A stretch of 64,000 nucleotides of DNA, taken from Azolla caroliniana (taxonomy: Eukaryota > Plantae > Polypodiophyta). Location of the stretch: contig JBHGNT010000007.1 in assembly GCA_043228905.1 (NCBI GenBank), positions 19,964,001-20,028,000 of the forward strand, written 5' to 3'. Positions 56,501-64,000 of the stretch are shown in pieces. Below the pieces are notes generated by a model, which was not told where the DNA came from, searched no databases, and saw only the letters and a list, made by a program, of their open reading frames with translations. The translations under genes were made by a program, and so were the position numbers. Every line of letters starts with the position of its first letter. The first letter of the stretch is position 1.

Positions 56501-58574
56501 TTGTTATCTTTGATATGCCCTAAGTATCTCAAAACTTCCAGTACATGGTTTGCAAATCTCTTGGTTTTGTTATAGGGGAAGATCTAGATCACGTTCTCAT
56601 TCACCCTCATTATCGAGGTCAAGAAGACAAGGTTCTTACGAGCGAGGTCGAGAGTTAGAGAGCTCATCAAGGAGATCAAGGTCGAAGGCATCGGCAACAA
56701 CAAAGATAGAGTACATAACGGAATTTGGAAGCACGGCTGAGGCTACAGTGGGAACTGGTCCACCGTTATCACCTCCTCAACTTGACTTCTCAATTAACCG
56801 GTCGGAGCACTGGCCCTTTAAGACATGCAACGATCATAAGTTGGCCTCACTTTTTGCACTGATGGAACTGCTTCATCTGGTTCCCCAAGGCAGGTGTTGG
56901 GGTGGTCTTGGGGTAGGTTGGGCATAGGGCTCACTATCCAGCTAGTTAGTTGATGAGCCTCATTTATAGGGTAGAAATAATTGCAACCATAGTTGTAAAT
57001 CTTTGCAGTTAGTCTTCACCATGTCAACAGTCTCGTATCTTGAATGCTTTTATGATGATTGTGGAAGGATTTGTCTTAGAAGCTGCATGCGTTACAGGAG
57101 AAATGTTTTGTTGAGGATTTTCTTTTATAATTGTGTCAGTATTATTTCAGGCTTTCAGGTGGTAACAGGATCCTTGAAGCCCTTCATAATGATCCGGCTG
57201 CATTAGTTGGAACACCTGCTGAGAAGGAAAGGAGTGTCCGTGAAGTAAAAGGGCCTGTAAGGTCAGGAAAATCACAGAACTAGTTATGGCAAACAAGAGA
57301 TCTGAATATTAAAGCCTTGTTTTTTTAAGAGAGATCCAAAATTTATACTTTGATGATTAATCCTCGAGTCTTTAATTGTGAAAGCAGTGCCAGTTCTGCT
57401 ATTGCAAAGCTTAGTAAGCCTGTCAGTGCTGGTGGGCTTGCAGCAAAAGAAGCTCCACAAGGAGAGAAGAAAGAAACTCCACAGGAACGCTTGAAGAGAA
57501 TAATGAGCAAACAACTTAATAAGCAGAGTATGTTTCTGGCCATAAATTCCTTGTATTCTAGTAAAATATTAGCGATTTTCTACTCATGCAAAAGATAAAT
57601 CTGACTTTTTTCTTTTTATTTCAATTCTACAGTTAAAAAAGACAGTGTTACAGAACTAGCAAAAAAACGTGAACTAGAAAGATTGCGACAGGAGAAGCTG
57701 GCAGAAACCAGGAGAATTGCTCAACATCGCGGAAGAAGTCGAAGTCGGAGTCGGAGTCGCAGTCGCGGTCGCAGCCACAGCCGTAGTCGAACTCGGAGCT
57801 ACTCTCCATACAGGTATATAGATGATAATTGAACAAAGGAAATATACATCATATATGGGCAAGAGCATCACATAGAAAGTATTTTCCTTCTATTTGCATC
57901 AAGTAGTTTCATCCCATATAAGAAAACATAGAAGAGAGAAATAAATCTAGTAACTCCTTTAGAGTTATTCTGCATGTGGATTCTGGACATTATGTGCAGT
58001 TAATATAAGCTCTTTTTTCGGCAGAGAATTGTAAGCACTGTTTTTTTGGCAAAGAGGATTGTAAAGTGCTGGTTTATGGCAACGAGAAATGAACAATATT
58101 ATGGTATAGGGTAGAAACTATTGTTAAAATTGGCTTAAAGAAAGTGCTGGTTTTTGGCAAAGAGAAATGAACAATATTATGGTATAGGGTAGAAACTATT
58201 GTCAAATTTGGCTTAAATAACCATTTGATTGTTGGTTTTTGCTTTATTGTCTCCTTTTTGTCTCTTGCAGATACCGTCGGAGGAGTAGAAGCCCACCTAG
58301 GAGCCATCGTCGCTCACCTTCGTAAGTACATTAATTAGTGTGATAGTATGTCCTGGTAAATTTTGCCCAAATATTCTTGTGGTTTCAAATCGTATGATTG
58401 CTGATTTTTTGTTTAATGGTCTTTGATGTGATCCATGTCAGAAAAATATTAATTTTTACCATATCCAGATTTTGTGTCAAGCAAGTTATCTCTTCAATAT
58501 GATCTTTAACTGATTCGATGGATTTAACTCATTTTTCATTGTTGCTTTGCAGATCCCGAAGTCGAAATTACTGA
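53561..58574 (+). CDS. CLASRP: CLK4-associating Ser/Arg-rich splicing factor (CLASRP/SFRS16, SWAP N-terminal DRY_EERY domain)
   Basis: MWHEARRSEKRVHDMMDAARKRAERR, IPWNGKQNNLIDRFDGRALLDF, NFERYRDL, KIEYITEFG, ETPQERLKRIMSKQLNKQ, RS-rich tail. First exons 53561-53757, 55073-55111, 55258-55405; last exon 58553-58574 (TGA). Some internal boundaries are approximate. Confidence 0.92.
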
Positions 58575-61054
58575 GTTCCTGATTTTTTTCTTATGGCATT
58601 TTGGTCTGAACCAGAACACGATTGTATTTTACTTTGAAAAGTTAATATGAAGGAATGCACTTTTTTAGTTGTGATAAGCTTGCTTTGGGCAGTGTTATGG
58701 TTCTGCTTGTTGGTTATCTAACTTGTCACCATACCACTTATTTTTCTAGTCTTCTTTCCCTTTGCAAATTCTATAGCACCATCTATTAGTAATTCATGTT
58801 CTTTTCATATGATATGGCATTGTTATACATTCATGGCATGGTCGCCCCATTGACTCAGATTGTCCATTTTTCTCATCATTTTGAACTTTATGTAATGTTA
58901 TGTAATCAATGCTGCTGGTCAATAACAGACTTTTCAATTGTTAAACACAATTTGATGCTAAAAAGGCCATCATGCGATATTTAAGATGCACATATATAGA
59001 TAGTGTTGTTTCTCTGTAATATTAGTTGATTGATGCTGCTGGTCGATAATAGACTCCATGTTAATCTTGACTAAAATTTGATGCTAAACTCTCAAGCTAA
59101 AACATTGTGTCATATTAACGTGCACATTTAGAGATGGTGATGAACATGGACATTTGCATGTTTTGCTGTTACATTATATATTACAGTTGCTTGTCCAATG
59201 GATTGCATGGGTTACCTGGTTAGAACAGAAGCTATGGTATTTTGTAGCTTTTAAATTTCAGTTTTTTAATTTTTGGATGTGGTATTAGTGTCCCAAAGGG
59301 TAAAGTCTGAATCCAGGCTCTATCTCGTTACCTGAAAGCTGGAAGCAAATAATTATTGTGCCCCTTACATAAAAGCACGAAACAGGTAATGGTTGTGCCC
59401 CTTGCATTGAAGCTTGAAGCACATGATGATTGTGAATGTCCGAGAATGGCTTCATAAATAGATCGAGTAAAATGTGTGGTGGTATGTGGACCCCCTCCAT
59501 GAGTTAGGAATGTATTATTGGATGAATTTTAACTTGAGAAGATACAAAGTAGAAAGATTATCAGCAACTCCTCGTACCTTGGGTTGGCTGTGCAATTAGT
59601 AGAGCAAGAAGCCTCATATACCAAGTAACTACTTGCATATCTAAAAGGCCCTATACCAACCTTCAAGGAGCTTGTTGGAAAGTATGGCAATCAGCAAGCT
59701 AAAAATATATTCCCTTTGTCACCAAAAGTAGCAATCATCGGCAATTCAGTTGTATGATATCTGCGAGTGACTGATCGTATTTTTTATTGCCAATCATCAT
59801 TTTCAGTTTGCTGGCAAGGACCACATTTCTAATGGTTTCTTCAAGAATGGAGGTATGCATGCACACTTTCACCCATGATCATAATGGTGTTGTTTACATG
59901 CTCATAAATCTTTTTATTTGTGATTACCACTATCCAAAACTACAAATAAATATAGGGAAAATGCGAACTTGTTTTGGAGGGTTATTCTTCACTCGGAATG
60001 TTACTGCGTAGATGTGGGTATGCTCATTGGTTGATTATGGAGATGCAATTCCCCCTTGCACATATTGTATCATTGAACATTTCTTGTTTCTAAGAATACC
60101 TCGGGAATTGTTGGCTCATTCTGACTTTACAAAAGTCCTAGATATTAGTAAATGATGACCAACATTGTTTCTAGAATAAAATCTTATAGGTTCCATAGAC
60201 CTATAACTAGGTGTGCAAATGTTTGTTGTAGCAAGGGCTAGATCAATTAGATCATTTGTGTGCCTTCCCAATTCCACACTTTATTCCAAGAGTTAAAAAC
60301 TTGCTACATACATATACAATGATATTTTTCTTTTGCGTCTGTCACTCTCACATCAAGGCATTGATTATGAAACTATTGGGTTTGGCACATAGATCTTCAT
60401 TCTCATGCTCTTACACTTCTTATTACTCTTCTCTAATTCAGAAGGAATTGCATTCTAATTACAGAATTTCATGATACCTTGCTTCCAACTTTTATGAAAG
60501 GATCATTGATCAGGTTCATAGAACTCCAATGACAAACTTCAAACAAATGCAAAACATGATGAGATGACCAACAAGTGCTTATGATAGGCTCAAACTTGTG
60601 CAACATTTGTCTTCAATGATAATTCGTGAACATGTTTGCTGCCTTAGAATCTCATTGGACTTGAGGTCAAATAAATTCTTCATGAAGATTATGGATATGA
60701 GTTCCACATCCTTTATTTATTGTTATAGAGAGTACCTTATATAAAGTCCAGAACAATTATGGAGGCCTTCATATCTAATGTTATTGCATTCTTTAATTCA
60801 TGGTGTTGCCAAGAAATAAAGAACACAATGCATAATTTACACAAAAAAGTTGTTCATAATAATGTTTGTAAAGTCTTGCAAGAATTATATTACATAACAA
60901 TTAAGGTAAAGGGTCAGGAGCTTATTAGATGCATATTTTGACTTGACAAATTTCAAATTTATTACCATTTATTTCCAATTGTGTTTACATAAAAGAGAAC
61001 ATTGGGAGATACTAGATCAAAACAGATAGTTGGATCAGAATTGTTATTCTTTCA

Positions 61055-62701
61055 TTATAGCCTAGATGTACTACTACTGCTTCCCAATTTGTTTCGCTCA
61101 TCATCAATTCCTTCGAAAACAATGGCCACTTTACCAAGAACTTTTCGTTGTTCAAGAACAGTGAATCCTTCGTTTGCCTGGGATAGTATAAAAAACTCAA
61201 AATGTCAACATTCTTCTCTTACCAAATCATCATCTCTAAGGCAGCAAAACATTTCTTCATTCAAGTCATCAAAGTCTAGAAACTTAACCTGTGAAAGTGG
61301 AAACTTGTGAGAGACATGGACGTTTATAAAGCCCTTAGAAAACCATGAAAGAAGTTCATTCATAGAATCTCGCCATACATTGTGTTGGTGTATGAAATAG
61401 CTACCCCAATATAAACCATGGATTGTAAGATTCTATCAAAAGGTTCAGCCAAAGAATTTAGTTGTAAATTAGCTCATTACTACATTTCTTACATGGAATT
61501 GGACATCAGGTACTCAAATAGTTTACCTTTACAAGTGCAATATTTGCTGGAATCGGTGGAATCTCACCGCTAGCAAATCCTATAATGAGGATCTGAGCTC
61601 CCCAATTCAGGACTTTCCAGCTATCTTTGAAGAGTTTCCCACCGACAGGATCGTAAAGAACATCGACCCCCATGAGGCTTTTACTTTCAAGAAACCTCCT
61701 TATGCTCTGGATAAAGGAGCCATCTGAAGGATCAATGACAATATCTGCCCCAATCGATCTCAAAAGATCTGCTTTTTCTTTACCCCTTTTAATTTGAAAG
61801 AGAAAATTTTGATGCTTCAATCACATGCATACACATTATAGATGCACATTCACAACAGCAAACATAAATTTAAGGAAAAAGTATCCATAGTATCATTAGC
61901 TTCGAACCTTGCAACGGCAATTACTGTTGCACCGCAAACTTTCCCAATTTGCACTGCTGCAAGACCCACACCACCTGCTGCACCAAGGACTAGTAGTACC
62001 TGATGAGATCATTAAGAAACCCATGATAAAATATAAAAAACCATTAATGTTAAAAGTAAGAAATGTGATGAGTGCTCTAAGTACGAAAGAAAACCACAAA
62101 TGTGTAGAAGTGACAACCTATTGATGTCAAGTTTTCTCTCAATTCATTTTATGTTCTTTCATTGTTTTGATTCATATTTATCATCTATGGAACAAGAAAT
62201 TAATGTAGGTAATGTAGTTACAGTACCCATATTTTCATTGCTCTATATCCTTTGAAATGTATACCCCATCTTAGGGAAGGCAAGCATATGGCATATACTC
62301 CTTAAAGAGCTCAAATGTCTATGATGTATATCCCCAACTAATATCATCTAGTTATAAATTTGTATCTAAAAAGACATCAAAATAATGTTTGGATACATTT
62401 CAAGATTTAAATTATATGACCCTTCATTCGAATTTATATCTCAAAAGGCATCATTATAATAGTTGAATACGCTTCATGATTTAAGTTACAACACCCTTTA
62501 TTCAAATTTATAACTAAAAAGGTATCATTATAATAACCGAATACACTTCATGATTTAAATTTCATGACCCTTGATTGATTGAGAGGTTTAACCTGTCCAG
62601 ACCGAAGGTGAACACGGTGTGTAAGCGCCAAATGAGAAGTGCCAAAAGCAACCGGAAGACCTGCTGCCTCGATTAAGTCACAGCCATCAGGCACCACAAA
62701 G
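61055..62701 (-). CDS. Quinone oxidoreductase-like MDR (At3g56460-like), 3' exons only; 5' part not found in the window
   Basis: Exons 62701-62593 (AAGLPVAFGTSHLAL), 61999-61908 (VLGAAGGVGLAAVQIGK), 61785-61527 (GVDVLYDPVGG, IGFASGEIP), 61432-61289 (NLTIHGLYWGSY) and 61177-61055 (RKVLGKV..stop). Confidence 0.9.
62350..62572. repeat. ~75-bp diverged tandem repeat (~3 units) in an intron
   Basis: aaaagg(c/t)atcattataata..gaatac.cttcatgatttaa recurs at ~62442 and ~62517, with a weaker unit at ~62368. Confidence 0.7.
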
Positions 62702-64000
62702 CTGGAAACGCGAAAGGAATCAAATAATGCATTGATGTGTTATATATGTGGAAACACTGGACATTGTTGACACTTACATGCTATTATAAATGTCTTAATA
62801 AACCAAAATGAAGAACAGTAGAACTTGAATTTATCTTAAATCCAGAAGCAAGTAAATGAAAAGTTAGAAGGCCTGTTCGATATGCCAGACAATTTATTTA
62901 GTTCGACAACAAATGCATGAAGAATGCTCAGACATAGATGTGATAGAATTAAGTATCTATGTTAATGGCTCTTTACCACTTAATCATATTGTAAAATGGT
63001 TATTGTTCTTATGGAAGAAAAAATGTCTGATAAGAATCATGATTATTTCCTTCCTGCAGGCTACCTTTCATCAATCCTTGAAGTTTCTATACTTTGGATA
63101 TAATCTCTTATATTCAAACTATATAGCTAGTACTTCACATTGATGATTGTGTTTCTACACTCCAGAACTTAGGGTTTTTTAAATTTCGGTATTTATGGTT
63201 TAGTTTCTACACTTATGAACCTTCTTTTTGCAGTTTTTTTACAAACCAAAGATAATAATATCTGTGGTTATGTTTTTATTCTTACGATGTTATCCCATAA
63301 AAACAAATTATAATTCTATTGGCATAGAAGGCTTGTACTATTGCCTTTGATGCCTAAGGTTTTATACTGAGCATAATATCCCTTAAGAAAAAAAACTGTT
63401 ATTAAAGTGAATGAATTAAAGACACTTGGGGTTTAGGGGTTTACTAAAGTTACAAAATGAAGATGGCCATTCTTCACATAGAACGCCTCTTCACATAGTT
63501 GTACTTCACATCTATGGCTCTGTTTCTATACTCAACAATATATATGAATATATAATATTGAGGCTGTGCTTTTAACTTGGAAGTACACTTTGAATCCAAT
63601 GGATTTCAATATTGTGGTCACAAAAGTTGTACAAAATCAAATGATATATTTCAACAGCGAGTCAAATAAAAGTTTTATCTCGTATCAAATTAGTTTATAT
63701 AGTGAATCACAATATATTTTTGGATTAAAACTAAACATCAATAGTGAATCACATGTTTTTTGAAATGAAACTAAAAATAATTAGTGAATAAAGGTCTACA
63801 TATAGTTTATATTGAATCAAATTATAAATAATCTATAAACCAAATAGAAACTTCATATAGGCTACAATCCAAATAGAAACTATATATCGCCTATATTTCA
63901 AGTTGAAACTATATGTGGCCTTTTTATTTAGAATCAAAACTAAATAGCTGATATTTGGAATCAAAAGCATACAGAGCATGTCTATTTCAAGTCAAAACTA

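Noticed and set aside
59310-59390. LPESWKQIIIVPL, resembling a LINE pre-RT motif
   Set aside because: Too short, with no further RT motifs recognised nearby.

Overview
Eukaryotic nuclear DNA from a land plant. A seed-free plant such as a fern is likely, inferred from the KP-like PPR end and the RTE/RTEX-type LINEs; the species cannot be read from the sequence. The window is gene-dense and intron-rich. Intact or apparently intact genes: a SPARK-domain GPI-anchored protein (At4g28100-like), a PLS-class PPR protein (E/E+, no complete DYW), an F-box protein (At5g52880-like), glutamine-dependent NAD+ synthetase, initiator tRNA-Met, the nuclear mitochondrial ATP synthase beta subunit, a CLASRP/SWAP-type splicing factor, and the 3' part of a quinone-oxidoreductase-like MDR gene. 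Accessory content: a C2-domain gene with a decaying 63-bp repeat array, an inverted PPR pseudogene copy, degenerate LINEs, a solo LTR with a 5-bp TSD, a plastid atpB fragment and large microsatellites. The most notable structure is an inverted, order-permuted duplication that places a copy of the NAD-synthetase upstream region directly in front of the intact PPR gene. I found no prokaryotic-type system (CRISPR etc.). Exon coordinates were read by hand and identity estimates are by eye.
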